Source of the DNA: Candidatus Thorarchaeota archaeon SMTZ1-45
Lineage (GTDB): Archaea > Asgardarchaeota > Thorarchaeia > Thorarchaeales > Thorarchaeaceae
DNA: 22,278 nucleotides
Direction of reading: 5' to 3'
NCBI GenBank assembly: GCA_001563335.1
Contig: LRSL01000043.1
Location: forward strand, 1-22,278
The notes under the pieces are model-generated. The model searched no databases. It was not told where the DNA came from and saw only the letters and a list, made by a program, of their open reading frames with translations. Within the stretch, counting starts at the first letter, position 1. Each line of letters starts with the position of its first letter. This document shows positions 7,610 to 17,519 of this stretch, piece after piece. Both the position numbers and the translations under genes were made by a program.

Positions 7610-8551
7610 ATGAAAAGTCTAGTCACCTACAACAAACCTGGAATAGAAACAACCATTGAATCGGCCTCTGGATTATCTCGACGTCAGATGGTGTTTGTAA
7701 TAGCTCTTCCTTTATTATTCCTAATGGCTGGATTACTATCAATAATAATCTCCAGATTTTTGGGACCCTTTGTCGCATCAAACCCTATCCTTTCAACATT
7801 GATTGGGTTTGTTTTTGGAATTATGGTCTTCATTTTATTTATACCTAAAGTTCTGAAGATGCCCAAAGGGAAGACAACACTCCGTTGCTACCTGAATGAT
7901 ATAGGTATGGACCGAATTCGTCCCCTATCTCGGACATTGCTAATCTATCTCCCATGTCTAATCAGTATCATAGTATCTCAGATCGTGGCTTCTTTGGTCT
8001 ATAACCAATTCATCCTTAGATGGGATTTTGATATTTTTGTAGATCGTCTCTTTGATATGACTCGCATTAGAACTTGGATTGGTTGGAGTCCTGTTATTGC
8101 TGTTGGAAGCATCTTTGAAGAAATCGTTCTGAGGGGCGTTGTTCTCACGATGCTGCTACAGGTCTATTCTGAACGTAGAGCCATTGCTATTTCAGCGGTA
8201 GCTTTTGGTTATGTCCACATTCTTAACCTGCTGAATGGATTGACCTATAACAATCTTATCTTTGTTATTGGCCAAATAGTATGGGCATCAATCATCGGTG
8301 TTCTATATGGTTATATGTTTCTCAAGACTGGTAATCTATATGCGAACATGTTTCTTCACTGGACAGCAAATGGTCTAAGCAATTGTTTCATGTTTCTTCC
8401 ATCTGTTACACCTGAAATGCATGTTATGCTCAATATTATCTTTAATATCGGACTCATGTCGACCACAATGTCAATTCTATGGGTTGCACTAGTTAACAGA
8501 TATTGGCCGAATAAGTCTTCAACAATCAACTTGTTGAAACATGATGAGTAA
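7610..8551 (+). CDS. CPBP/Abi (type II CAAX) intramembrane glutamic protease
   Basis: Motifs EEIVLRG, FGYVH and HWTAN in a multi-TM protein. Confidence 0.92.
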   Translation: MKSLVTYNKPGIETTIESASGLSRRQMVFVIALPLLFLMAGLLSIIISRFLGPFVASNPILSTLIGFVFGIMVFILFIPKVLKMPKGKTTLRCYLNDIGMDRIRPLSRTLLIYLPCLISIIVSQIVASLVYNQFILRWDFDIFVDRLFDMTRIRTWIGWSPVIAVGSIFEEIVLRGVVLTMLLQVYSERRAIAISAVAFGYVHILNLLNGLTYNNLIFVIGQIVWASIIGVLYGYMFLKTGNLYANMFLHWTANGLSNCFMFLPSVTPEMHVMLNIIFNIGLMSTTMSILWVALVNRYWPNKSSTINLLKHDE

Positions 8552-8649
8552 TTATCAAGCATGAAAGTATCTCTGCAACCCATGAATCTTTTTTTTGCTT
8601 ACATGAGCAATTTAAAGGTCCAATTCTTGTTGGTATCAATGAGTGTGGA

Positions 8650-9219
8650 ATGTTTATGACCAGAATTGAAATTGATAGCGGAAGTTCCCCATTTCCAAAA
8701 CCAATAGTACTCATAGGATCAATAGTTGATGGTCGACCTAACTTCTTTACAGTTGCATGGTTCAATAGAATGAGTCGAACACCCAATATTTGGGGCGCAT
8801 GTATAGGGAAGACAAAATACACACTCAAGGGAATAAGAGAAAACAAGACCTTCAGTGTTAACTTTCCAAATGCTGACATGGTAGTGAAGACCGATTACTG
8901 TGGCATTCGTTCTGGAAAAGATGTTGACAAGTCTGTTCTTTTCGACATCTTCTATGGTGAGCTTGAAACAGCTCCAATGATTAGGGAATGCCCCGTGACT
9001 GCAGAATGCACGCTCCACGACCTTGTTGACATATCAACTCATTACATTGTCCTAGGAGAAGTGAAACATGTGTATTCAGAAGAAAAATACATGACAAATG
9101 ACTCTCTAGACCAGAAAAAAATGAACCTGCTTATCTTCACAAAACCAGCTCTTCAGTATTGGACACTTGGAAAGGTCATAGCCAACGCCTATTCAATAGG
9201 GAAAGAGCTCGAAAAATAG
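8650..9219 (+). CDS. Flavin reductase-like (flavoredoxin-type) FMN-binding protein
   Basis: PKPIVLIGS...GRPNFFTVAW, TLKGIRENKTFSVNFP, DYCGIRSGKDVDK, APMIRECPVTAEC, THYIVLGEV. Confidence 0.92.
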   Translation: MFMTRIEIDSGSSPFPKPIVLIGSIVDGRPNFFTVAWFNRMSRTPNIWGACIGKTKYTLKGIRENKTFSVNFPNADMVVKTDYCGIRSGKDVDKSVLFDIFYGELETAPMIRECPVTAECTLHDLVDISTHYIVLGEVKHVYSEEKYMTNDSLDQKKMNLLIFTKPALQYWTLGKVIANAYSIGKELEK

Positions 9220-9225
9220 AATCGA

Positions 9226-9669
9226 CTACTCTAACTTCTTGCTTAAATCCCAAAGTGGAGGCACCAAATCTAAACCTGCAAGAATATCATAGAAACAGAA
9301 TGCACCCCATCTATCTGTTATTTTTCCCTCAGAGTTGATATACAGAATTGTTGCCCCCTCAAATTCAACCTCTTTTCCAGTTGGTTCAAATCCCCACGCC
9401 TTACCAACCTGTGTTCCTTTTCCCCTATATCGAATCCAGACTTTATCGTCTTGACCATTAATCTCTACTATTTCGTATTTCAGGTCCGGAAAGATTGAAC
9501 GGAAATACTTGATCTCGTTTTTGATTTGAGCCGGGCCGACTGCATCAATGTGAACCCAATCCGGATTATAATCCATATCAACTATCTCATCAGCCAGATT
9601 GAGGTCGGGCTTGCTCCACATCTCCTCATACCAGCGCCTACCAATGGCTTCATTTTTTTCATTTGACAT
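9226..9669 (-). CDS. SnoaL-like ester cyclase / NTF2 fold protein
   Basis: NEAIGRRWYEEMW, FRSIFPDLKYEI, DKVWIRY...GTQVG...GFEPTGKEVEFEG...GKITDRW. Confidence 0.9.
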   Translation of the reverse strand: MSNEKNEAIGRRWYEEMWSKPDLNLADEIVDMDYNPDWVHIDAVGPAQIKNEIKYFRSIFPDLKYEIVEINGQDDKVWIRYRGKGTQVGKAWGFEPTGKEVEFEGATILYINSEGKITDRWGAFCFYDILAGLDLVPPLWDLSKKLE

Positions 9670-9691
9670 CCGAATTCATCCTGATATTGCT

Positions 9692-10060
9692 TCACTCTTT
9701 GTTGAACTGAAGTAATTCAAGAACATTTCCGGATGGGTCTCGCATCGCCATCATAAGTCCCGCTACAAAAACCTGAGGTTCATTATAGAGTAATTCCACT
9801 CCCTTCTCTCTTAGTTCCTCTGAAGTCTTCTTGATATCATCTGTTTCAATGCCGAGTACAACCTGTGAAAACCCTGGGTACTCAATCTTGCCCACACTCT
9901 CAACCTTCTCTAGGATGACAGGTGGGCCCTCATTTTCCAAACGCACAATACACCCATCAGCATATCTCTCAGCTTCTTTAAACCCAAGCACTCCACAGTA
10001 GAACTCAACCGCTTTGTCCATATCATCTACGTAGATTCCAATCACACAAAAACTAGCCAA
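9692..10060 (-). CDS. VOC (glyoxalase/bleomycin resistance) family protein
   Basis: IYVDDMDKAVEFYCGVLGF and RDPSGNVLEL. Start refined to TTG 10060, which has a GAGGT RBS 7 nt upstream. Confidence 0.9.
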   Translation of the reverse strand: MASFCVIGIYVDDMDKAVEFYCGVLGFKEAERYADGCIVRLENEGPPVILEKVESVGKIEYPGFSQVVLGIETDDIKKTSEELREKGVELLYNEPQVFVAGLMMAMRDPSGNVLELLQFNKE

Positions 10061-10265
10061 CTCAAATACCTCACATTCCCCAGAAATATTCATGAATGAA
10101 CGATAAATGTTCCCTATCAAGCATTCAGACGTCACTCTTGAAATCATGGTGCCATGACAATATTCCAAACTTACTCTCTCTAAAGGACCTATATAGTGAA
10201 TGTTATCAACTAGTCCAGTTTCGTGATGCTAAATATCTTCATCCAAGATTGAAGGATCTGGTTCA

Positions 10266-10958
10266 ATGAGCAAAAGAGTCCACAAAGTCTTTTCAGAAGT
10301 TGCCCACCAATATGAGCTAGTGAACCATGCCCTGACATTTGGTCTTGATATTCCTTGGAGAAGAAGAGCCGCTCAAGTTGCTGCATCAGGTGGAGGGACT
10401 CTCTGGCTAGAGGTCTGTAGTGGGACCGGAGAAATGGCTGTAAATCTCAAGAAACTTGCAGCCTCTGAAACAAAGATCGTCGTATCTGATTTTTCCATGG
10501 CGATGGTTTCAAAGGCTAGTGAAAAAGGAGAACTTGATACTGCGACGATCTCGCTTGCTGATTCACAGCAACTTCCTTTTCCTGACAACACATTCGATCT
10601 TGTAGTAATTTCCTTTGCGACTCGAAATATCACGCTAACCCGGACAAAACTGAAAATGTTTCTATGTGAATTTTATCGTGTATTGAAACCTGGTGGACGT
10701 TTCATTAATCTTGAAACCAGCCAACCTTCATCAACGCCAATAAGGATTGCTCTTCATCTTTACACAAAACAAGTAGTAAAGTTGGTTGGAAGGATAATCT
10801 CTGGGTCAAAAACAGGATATGCGTACTTGGCACATACTATTTCAAGATTCATCAATGCAGAAGAGCTATCCGAAATTCTTTACGAATCTGGGTTTTCAAG
10901 TGTAAATTATATCAAAATGACATTTGGAGTTGTGGCCATCCATCGTGCTGTGAAATAA
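10266..10958 (+). CDS. ubiE: UbiE/MenG-family quinone C-methyltransferase
   Basis: VHKVFSEVAHQYELVNHALTFGLDIPWRR, SAM motif LEVCSGTGE, LPFPDNTFD, SFATRN, EFYRVLKPGG, YAYLAHTI, MTFGVVAIHRAVK. Confidence 0.85.
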   Translation: MSKRVHKVFSEVAHQYELVNHALTFGLDIPWRRRAAQVAASGGGTLWLEVCSGTGEMAVNLKKLAASETKIVVSDFSMAMVSKASEKGELDTATISLADSQQLPFPDNTFDLVVISFATRNITLTRTKLKMFLCEFYRVLKPGGRFINLETSQPSSTPIRIALHLYTKQVVKLVGRIISGSKTGYAYLAHTISRFINAEELSEILYESGFSSVNYIKMTFGVVAIHRAVK

Positions 10959-11060
10959 GAAATTAATTTTGGGTCTGGTGATTCCTCGCTTGAAAAACGC
11001 ATTGAAAGGCGAATAATTTTACTAGATTATTTGAAGTGGCTCTAGAGCTCGAAGGATTTC

Positions 11061-11258
11061 ATGCTTCAGACTGAAATATGGGGACTGACACTGATAGTCC
11101 TAAGCATAATTCCCCTTGTGTTTCTCGTATATACGATAAAACATCTTGAAAGACTAGGAATAACAATCCAACATCCAAGAGTGATTGTTGAACTCTTGAT
11201 ATTCATCTCTCTATTGGGAATTGGGTTAATTCTTTGGTTTGGTCTATCTATAGTTTGA
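11061..11258 (+). CDS. Small 2-TM hypothetical membrane protein
   Basis: 65 aa, two hydrophobic helices, AAGGA upstream; 3' end overlaps the convergent gene by 11 nt. Confidence 0.65.
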   Translation: MLQTEIWGLTLIVLSIIPLVFLVYTIKHLERLGITIQHPRVIVELLIFISLLGIGLILWFGLSIV

Positions 11259-12501
11259 TTGTCTTTTGCTCTTTGCGGCTTCTCTCAGCGGCAAAGGTCA
11301 TCAGATGGGTTTCTAGGGTTTCTTCAGGACCTGAGAGAATTAGACTTGGGTCGTTCTGTGAAACTGCAGACACAAATGTATCGATTAAAGCATAATCTCC
11401 ACCTCCATGCTCTGCGAGTGAGTTAGGAATGCGTTGAGCATCGATGGTCGTATCAATAATCTCAGTTTTACCGCTCAGAAATTGATGCAGCTGGATCTTC
11501 TTACTGTTTGCGTAGATCTCCCCGTGGCTTCCAAAAATACGCGTTTCTCTTTGTCTAGTCTTAGTAAACCCAGTCATCGTGAATGCCGCTGTTTCTCCCC
11601 CTTCGAATTCCATATTCACTACCTGATGGTCAACAACATCATTGTCGCATTCGTACACGCAGCGACCATAGGGTCCGTTTCTTAGTTCTCTGATGATTCC
11701 ACCCTTTGTCATTTCTGTTGTGATTACACTCAGAGGCCATCCAGTTTTTCCACGTTCAAGAAGTGTCAGATAAAACCTCTTTGCAGAATATGGACACTCC
11801 GGTTCGTAGCTACACTCTAGGCAGTTACTCCCTGCAGTTTCAGGTTTGTTCTCATTACGAAAGTGTGTCAGCGAACCAAAAGAAGACACAGAGGTACATC
11901 TCTTACTAATGATATATCTTATCCAGTCGAGATCATGACATGATTTAGTGAGCAGCATGAATGATGATTCTTTTTCATTTCTCCAGTTTCCTCTCACAAA
12001 TGAATGTGCTTGATGCCAATATCCAACTGGTTCAAGATGTTGGAGACTTATGACATCTCCAATGAGTCCTGAATCAATAATCGACTTCAGTTTCTGGGTG
12101 TATCTTGTATATCGAAGTACATGACCCACTGCAAAGATGATGTCCCTTGAGAGGACTGCCTTTGTTATCTCCCTACAGCTCTTTTCATCAGGCGCCATTG
12201 GCTTTTCCAAGAGAATGTGATAATCCTTTTTGGCAAATGCAATTGCGGGCTCTCGATGCAGATGGTCTTGTGTTGTGATTATGACTGCATCAGCAAATCT
12301 CTTCATCTTTGCCATATCTTTCCAGTCGGTGAAGACGTTCTCCTCAGGGATGTTGTGATCCTCTGCCATCTTCTTCCGATAGAACTCTCTGGGTTCTGCA
12401 ACACCAACTATTTTGGCTCTATTTGGATATGCTTTGGCATAGGATGCATACACAAATCCCCGGTCTCCCGCACCTGCTATTATCATCTCAACTGGAGTCA
12501 T
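11248..12501 (-). CDS. Gfo/Idh/MocA family oxidoreductase
   Basis: Rossmann IIAGAGDRG, ILLEKPMA, VGHVLRY, HSFVRGNWR, KSCHDLD, HGGGD. Confidence 0.93.
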   Translation of the reverse strand: MTPVEMIIAGAGDRGFVYASYAKAYPNRAKIVGVAEPREFYRKKMAEDHNIPEENVFTDWKDMAKMKRFADAVIITTQDHLHREPAIAFAKKDYHILLEKPMAPDEKSCREITKAVLSRDIIFAVGHVLRYTRYTQKLKSIIDSGLIGDVISLQHLEPVGYWHQAHSFVRGNWRNEKESSFMLLTKSCHDLDWIRYIISKRCTSVSSFGSLTHFRNENKPETAGSNCLECSYEPECPYSAKRFYLTLLERGKTGWPLSVITTEMTKGGIIRELRNGPYGRCVYECDNDVVDHQVVNMEFEGGETAAFTMTGFTKTRQRETRIFGSHGEIYANSKKIQLHQFLSGKTEIIDTTIDAQRIPNSLAEHGGGDYALIDTFVSAVSQNDPSLILSGPEETLETHLMTFAAERSRKEQKTIKL

Positions 12502-12620
12502 CTTGGCTTCCTGTCCTCAAGACTTGCTATGTTTTGATTACATGGCACATTTCAATGTATACTAATGACAATGAAATGCCGAAAGAATAAATAGTCAGAA
12601 ATAATGGATCGGATTCGGTT

Positions 12621-12833
12621 GTGAAGTTGGAGTCAAATCAAGAAAGGCAAGAGATCATTAAAAAAGGCAGTTTCAGCGAAGGCTGTGTCGTCTTTCTGGT
12701 TGCTTTCACTATACTTGTTGGCTTTTGGGGATTCAGCTCCTCGGATCTCTTCACTTTCGTAACAGCCCTTGGTCTATCATCTATAGCAATAGCAATTCTC
12801 CATCTTGCCAGAGTTCTCCAGAATAATGAATAA
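12621..12833 (+). CDS. Small 2-TM hypothetical membrane protein
   Basis: 70 aa with two hydrophobic segments filling an intergenic gap; start uncertain. Confidence 0.55.
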   Translation: MKLESNQERQEIIKKGSFSEGCVVFLVAFTILVGFWGFSSSDLFTFVTALGLSSIAIAILHLARVLQNNE

Positions 12834-12915
12834 TATCATCAAAATTGGTATAGTATTCACATACCTTCCCCAAAGCATAAAACGATATACTTAACTATAG
12901 TTCATTGTGATTGTC

Positions 12916-13209
12916 ATGACCATTGTAATGTTATACCATACTACTGTGAAGCCTGACGCCGCAGAAATAATGGATGAAATCAGAAATGGATTCAAGGTTC
13001 TTTACAAAAAATATGGTATCAATGTACTAGGTCACTGGAAAAGCGTAGAACAGCCAAATGAGAGTTACTACATGGTACAATACACCAGTGAAGACGACTA
13101 TCAACAAAAGACACAAGCCCTTCATGATGATGAACAATACCTCCGTTTCACATCACAGCTCAATGAGATTAGAACTGATTTCAAATCTACAAAACTAACT
13201 CCAAAGTAG
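12916..13209 (+). CDS. NIPSNAP-family (dimeric alpha-beta barrel) protein
   Basis: TVKP..., LYKKYGINVLGHW, YYMVQYTSED, terminal STKLTP; ATG 12916 (alternative GTG 12907). Confidence 0.75.
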   Translation: MTIVMLYHTTVKPDAAEIMDEIRNGFKVLYKKYGINVLGHWKSVEQPNESYYMVQYTSEDDYQQKTQALHDDEQYLRFTSQLNEIRTDFKSTKLTPK

Positions 13210-13263
13210 TGGAAAGCATAGAGTTCATAATATCTCATTTGTTGTCACTGATGAGTGGAATGA

Positions 13264-13836
13264 ATGGGTGATTTCAAGAAAGAACTTGATGTAAGACCTC
13301 CTAATGGAACCAGCTCATATAGAGTGCAAACCATTGCAGTCTTGATGACACTCATTGCACTTTTTGCACCAATCGCTGTTGCCGGGCAATACTACGGCTT
13401 GTCCTTCTATATCAATATCACAGCCATGCTTTGGACAATATTCATGAACGAATATGGTGTCACCATTCAATTTTTCGATCTCTTTGTGCTGCTATACTTG
13501 GTTCCTTTCCATTTTTTTCGTATAGCTTTTGTATTTCAAATAGTCAGATATTATCAGGAGAAAACAACAAGACGCCGAACTGCAGTGGCTGCACTTCTTA
13601 GCGAAGCTCCGTTTCTGGCCTTCTACATCTTATGGCTAATTACCTTCGGTGCTCTTATTGGGTTAGGATTTAACTTCCCCACACCAATAATGATGATAAT
13701 TGGTCTTCTGTTATTATGGAGATTTCCTGTGTCTGAAGTGACAGTTCCCTGGGAGGGTGTTAGTGAACCAACTCCTTGGTGGGAGGAAGAGCTGAAGGCT
13801 AGGACGGAACCAGTTTCGAATGACCAACCATGGTAG
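13264..13836 (+). CDS. Hypothetical 4-TM membrane protein with acidic Pro/Trp-rich tail
   Basis: 190 aa ORF; hydrophobic helices; tail VPWEGVSEPTPWWEEE...DQPW. Confidence 0.8.
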   Translation: MGDFKKELDVRPPNGTSSYRVQTIAVLMTLIALFAPIAVAGQYYGLSFYINITAMLWTIFMNEYGVTIQFFDLFVLLYLVPFHFFRIAFVFQIVRYYQEKTTRRRTAVAALLSEAPFLAFYILWLITFGALIGLGFNFPTPIMMIIGLLLLWRFPVSEVTVPWEGVSEPTPWWEEELKARTEPVSNDQPW

Positions 13837-13881
13837 ACTCGGTGTTATCGCATTCGAGAAGGGTGAAACTATCTATTCTGC

Positions 13882-15096
13882 CTAACGAGCGTGAATGAAC
13901 TCAATCGCATTATCTCTGCACACAACATAACAAAGACCGCAACCATCGCACTTCTCTTCATTGATAACTGCAGCACCATCTCTCATCTGAATAGCCACAT
14001 AACCGCCATCTGCACAGGCAATCACACAGTCTTTGCATCCAGTACAATTATCCTTAATGACATGAGCTACAATTGGAGGTAGCTTTGTGAGTGCTGTCCA
14101 TGTGGTAATCTTGGGCAGTGCTTTCCCAACGACAGAATCAAGTGATTTGTATCCCTTTCGTTTCATAAAACTAGAAAGCCCCTTGGTCAAATCCTTGATG
14201 ATTGAAAACCCATACCACATGACTGCTGTACAAATTTGAAGAGTTCTCGCTCCAACCATGAGGTATTCTGTTGCGCCAGTCCAATTCTCAATTCCTCCAA
14301 TTCCAGAAATTGGTATATCAGGTAGTGCTTTCGCAATCTGAGAAACAAAACGAAGCCCGAGTGGTTTAATTGCGGGTCCGCAAAACCCACCATAAGTGCT
14401 AAACTGTTCTTTTCTATCCTTGCCATATGCAATTGGTAGTGGCGTCGCTGTTTCGATATCAATTCCAATCAATGATTCTACTGTGTTGATTGCAGATAGT
14501 GCATCAGCGCCTCCTCTTTCAGCAGCCTTCGCTATGGGTACAATATCGGTCACGTTAGGGGTGAGTTTCACTAATATTGGGAGGTCGGTACCTTTCTTGG
14601 CAGCTTTGGTCACGCCTTCGACCAACTTTGGGTCTTGACCAATAAACGCACCCATATGTTTCTCAGGCGACCCGTGTGGACAAGAAACGTTAAGCTCAAT
14701 GGCATCTGCGCCAGTTTGTGACATAGTTTCAGCAAGTGCAGTCCATCCTTCTGGTTCAGGTCCGCTCATCATGCTAGCAATGAATATGAAGTCCTTAGGA
14801 GCCTCTTGCTTTATTTTCGGAATCCAATCATCGGTCCATGTCTTCAACGACTCGCGCGAAAGCAGCTCAATATTATTCATCCCGATTGCTTTTCCCTCCC
14901 TCCGGAGGACTCCAAGTCTTGTTCGCGGATCTACAGTTGGTTCCTCAGTGACTGTTTTCATCACTGCTCCGCCCCATCCTAATCTTGCCGCTCGAAGAAT
15001 GTGACGTGGGTCCATTGTAGGGGGTGCAGAAGATAACAAGAATGGATTCTTGAAAGTAATACCTGCAAACTCAATCTCCAATTCATTTGATGACAT
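13882..15096 (-). CDS. preA: Dihydropyrimidine dehydrogenase subunit PreA (FMN barrel plus 2x[4Fe-4S])
   Basis: NPFLLSSAPPT, GWGGAVMKT, GMNNIELLS, ELNVSCPHG, KLTPNVTDI, GGFCGPAIKP, C-terminal CTGCKDCVIAC and CDGCGLCYVVC. Confidence 0.95.
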   Translation of the reverse strand: MSSNELEIEFAGITFKNPFLLSSAPPTMDPRHILRAARLGWGGAVMKTVTEEPTVDPRTRLGVLRREGKAIGMNNIELLSRESLKTWTDDWIPKIKQEAPKDFIFIASMMSGPEPEGWTALAETMSQTGADAIELNVSCPHGSPEKHMGAFIGQDPKLVEGVTKAAKKGTDLPILVKLTPNVTDIVPIAKAAERGGADALSAINTVESLIGIDIETATPLPIAYGKDRKEQFSTYGGFCGPAIKPLGLRFVSQIAKALPDIPISGIGGIENWTGATEYLMVGARTLQICTAVMWYGFSIIKDLTKGLSSFMKRKGYKSLDSVVGKALPKITTWTALTKLPPIVAHVIKDNCTGCKDCVIACADGGYVAIQMRDGAAVINEEKCDGCGLCYVVCRDNAIEFIHAR

Positions 15097-15134
15097 ATTC
15101 TTAACACCTCCAGCTTTAATGCAGTAATACTACG

Positions 15135-15154
15135 TCCCTAAAGTCCTTTAGGGA
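15135..15154. promoter_or_regulatory. Perfect inverted repeat, candidate operator between divergent preA and aminotransferase
   Basis: TCCCTAAAG-TC-CTTTAGGGA, 9-bp arms, near the centre of a ~100-bp divergent intergenic region. Confidence 0.6.
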
Positions 15155-15199
15155 AGTGTTTCTTTGCTTTATCTCAAGAATCAAGAAGCGGTGATTGTA

Positions 15200-16537
15200 G
15201 TGAATAATGAACTAGTACCAAAGGATCTTACGAAGAAATATTCTCAGAAAGAAATTCTCGAAATTGAGAAAAAATACCTGGCACCTGCTGTTGGTCATTA
15301 CTATGAGGACCCTGTTTTATTTGTGGACGGGAAAGGTGCTATTCTAAAGGACTCTAGTGGTAAAGAGTACATAGACCTATTCGCTGGCATCTGTACGACG
15401 ATTACAGGCTACAATCATCCTAGGTATGTAGCCACAATTCAATGGCAGGCTGAACATCTAGTGTATACAAGTTCTCTTTATTCAACAATTCCTTATGCTG
15501 TGTTGGTCAAACAACTTGCTGAGATTGCTCCCAAGGGGCTATCACACTCTTTTATCGTCAATAGTGGCTCTGAAGCGAATGAAGCCGCTCTTGCAATGGT
15601 ACGCAAGTATACAGGAAATCCATACATCATAGCTTGCCAACGTGGATACCATGGTCGGACAACCCTCGCACGGGAACTCTCGAGCGCAGGATGGCGTACC
15701 TTTTCAGAAGCTCATCCCTCTGGAGTACGATTCACTCCTTATGGGTACTGTTATCGATGCCACTTTGGTAAGGAGCATCCTGATTGTGATATGGAGTGTG
15801 CACATTATCTCAGAGAAGTGATCCGAACACAGACCAACAAGGCAATTGCTGCATTCATAGCTGAGCCAATCCAAGGAGTAGGTGGTATTGTTCAACCGCC
15901 TGCTGAATATTTCCAGATTGTATATGAAATCGTGAAGGAATACAACGGTGTCTATATTTCAGATGAAGTACAGACCGGGTTTGGTCGAACTGGTGGAAAG
16001 TGGTGGGGAATCCAACATACTGGTGTAAGTCCTGATATCATCACGATGGCAAAAGGATTCGGGAGTGGTATTCCTATCGGTGGTTTTGTTTCCCGTCCTG
16101 AGATTGCTGCAAATTACACAGTGACCGACGCCTTTGCTACATTTGGAGGTAATCCTTTGTCCTGTGCAGCAGCAGTTGCAGTGATTGAAATCATCCGAGA
16201 AGAGAACTATCTAGAAAAAGCAGCCAAGCTAGGCGCTCTTCTAAAGAAGAATATGGAGGAGCTCAAGGAGGATCACAAGATCATCGGAGAAGTCCGTGGT
16301 CAAGGGATGATGCTGGGGATAGAATTGGTTCGTGATCAGTCAACAAAAGAACCAGCATTCCAAGAACTTCTAACGGTGATGGAGACATGTCGAGAAAAAG
16401 GCCTTCTTGTTGGCAAAGGTGGTCTTGATAACAATGTGATTAGGCTTCAGCCTCCACTGGAAATCACAGAGGAGCAGGTTAGCCAAGCTAGTGAAATCTT
16501 TGACGAAGCGCTTACTAAAGCAGAAAAAACAATGTAG
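15200..16537 (+). CDS. Class-III PLP aminotransferase, probable beta-alanine/beta-aminoisobutyrate aminotransferase (PydD/AGXT2-like)
   Basis: GKEYIDLFAGI, NSGSEANE, GYHGRT, AEPIQGVGG, DEVQTGFGRTG, MAKG, TFGGNP. Substrate inferred from context. GTG 15200 follows a GGTGA RBS. Confidence 0.88.
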   Translation: MNNELVPKDLTKKYSQKEILEIEKKYLAPAVGHYYEDPVLFVDGKGAILKDSSGKEYIDLFAGICTTITGYNHPRYVATIQWQAEHLVYTSSLYSTIPYAVLVKQLAEIAPKGLSHSFIVNSGSEANEAALAMVRKYTGNPYIIACQRGYHGRTTLARELSSAGWRTFSEAHPSGVRFTPYGYCYRCHFGKEHPDCDMECAHYLREVIRTQTNKAIAAFIAEPIQGVGGIVQPPAEYFQIVYEIVKEYNGVYISDEVQTGFGRTGGKWWGIQHTGVSPDIITMAKGFGSGIPIGGFVSRPEIAANYTVTDAFATFGGNPLSCAAAVAVIEIIREENYLEKAAKLGALLKKNMEELKEDHKIIGEVRGQGMMLGIELVRDQSTKEPAFQELLTVMETCREKGLLVGKGGLDNNVIRLQPPLEITEEQVSQASEIFDEALTKAEKTM

Positions 16538-16544
16538 GACTTGA

Positions 16545-17420
16545 TCACTGCTTTGTCAGTTCGCCATAGCTGTCTGGTCGACGGTCTCTGAAGAACTGCC
16601 AAGTGTTTCGCACTTCTCGAATCATATCAAGGTCAATATCCGCGACCACAAGCTCTTCCTTATCACGCGAGCCCTTAACGACTATCTGACCTCGCGGATC
16701 TGCTATATACGAACTACCATAGAATGTACCTGTCTTCCAAGGTTCATCACCAACTCGATTAATCGCAGCCATAAAGTACCCATTTGCTATAGCATGTGCA
16801 GGTTGTTCGATGCTCCATAGATGCTCTGAGAGACCTGCAACAGTAGCTGAGGGGTTAAAGACTATCTCCGCACCGTTGAGGGCAAGAGCTCGAGCCCCCT
16901 CAGGAAAGTGACGGTCATAGCAAATGTAGACACCAATCTTTGCGACAGAGGTGTTGAAGACTGGATATCCAAGATTCCCCGGTCTAAAATAGAATTTCTC
17001 CCAGAACCCAGGGTCCAAGTGAGGAATGTGCATTTTCCTGAACTTACCTAGTAACGTTCCATCGGAGTCGATGACGATTGCTGTGTTATAGTATACACCC
17101 ACTGACTCTTCTTCATACATCGGAGCAATCAGTACAAGTTTGTTGTCCTTAGCAAGTTTTTGCATTCGCTTGCTTAGTGGTCCTGGAATTGGCTCAGCAT
17201 ATTTGTACCATCTTCTGTCCTGCTCGGCACAGAAGTATGGACCATAGAACAACTCTTGAAAGCAAAGAACCTGCACTTCTTGTTGTCTTGCAATAGTGGC
17301 AAACCCCTCATGCTTTCGAATCATCTTCTCGATGTTTTTCTCTATGGCTGTTTCATCTGACACATCGCCTTCCCATGTTGCTTGAACCAAGCCTACTCGG
17401 ATATTTCTCAAAGTTATCAC
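16545..17420 (-). CDS. Nitrilase-superfamily beta-ureidopropionase (N-carbamoyl-beta-alanine amidohydrolase)
   Basis: Catalytic E-K-C triad motifs CFQELF, FRKMHIP, YICYDRHFPE; FWEKFYF; WQFFRDRRP; lies between pyrimidine catabolism genes. Confidence 0.9.
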   Translation of the reverse strand: MITLRNIRVGLVQATWEGDVSDETAIEKNIEKMIRKHEGFATIARQQEVQVLCFQELFYGPYFCAEQDRRWYKYAEPIPGPLSKRMQKLAKDNKLVLIAPMYEEESVGVYYNTAIVIDSDGTLLGKFRKMHIPHLDPGFWEKFYFRPGNLGYPVFNTSVAKIGVYICYDRHFPEGARALALNGAEIVFNPSATVAGLSEHLWSIEQPAHAIANGYFMAAINRVGDEPWKTGTFYGSSYIADPRGQIVVKGSRDKEELVVADIDLDMIREVRNTWQFFRDRRPDSYGELTKQ

Positions 17421-17519
17421 TCCGCTGACTTGAGAGATTGAACTGTTACTCTCTCATCTAATAGACGTTTCCCAAAGCGATTTATGTTGAGTTTTTCAAT
17501 ATTTTACAGAGGACTTCCC

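Noticed and set aside
3445-13836. Possible distant paralogy between membrane proteins 3445-3927 and 13264-13836
   Set aside because: The topology is similar (ALLLP vs ALFAP, basic loop), but similarity by eye is too weak; an HMM-HMM comparison is needed.
14743-14751. CCATCCTTC match to the repeat core
   Set aside because: It lies inside preA coding sequence and lacks the flanking blocks, so it is a chance match.
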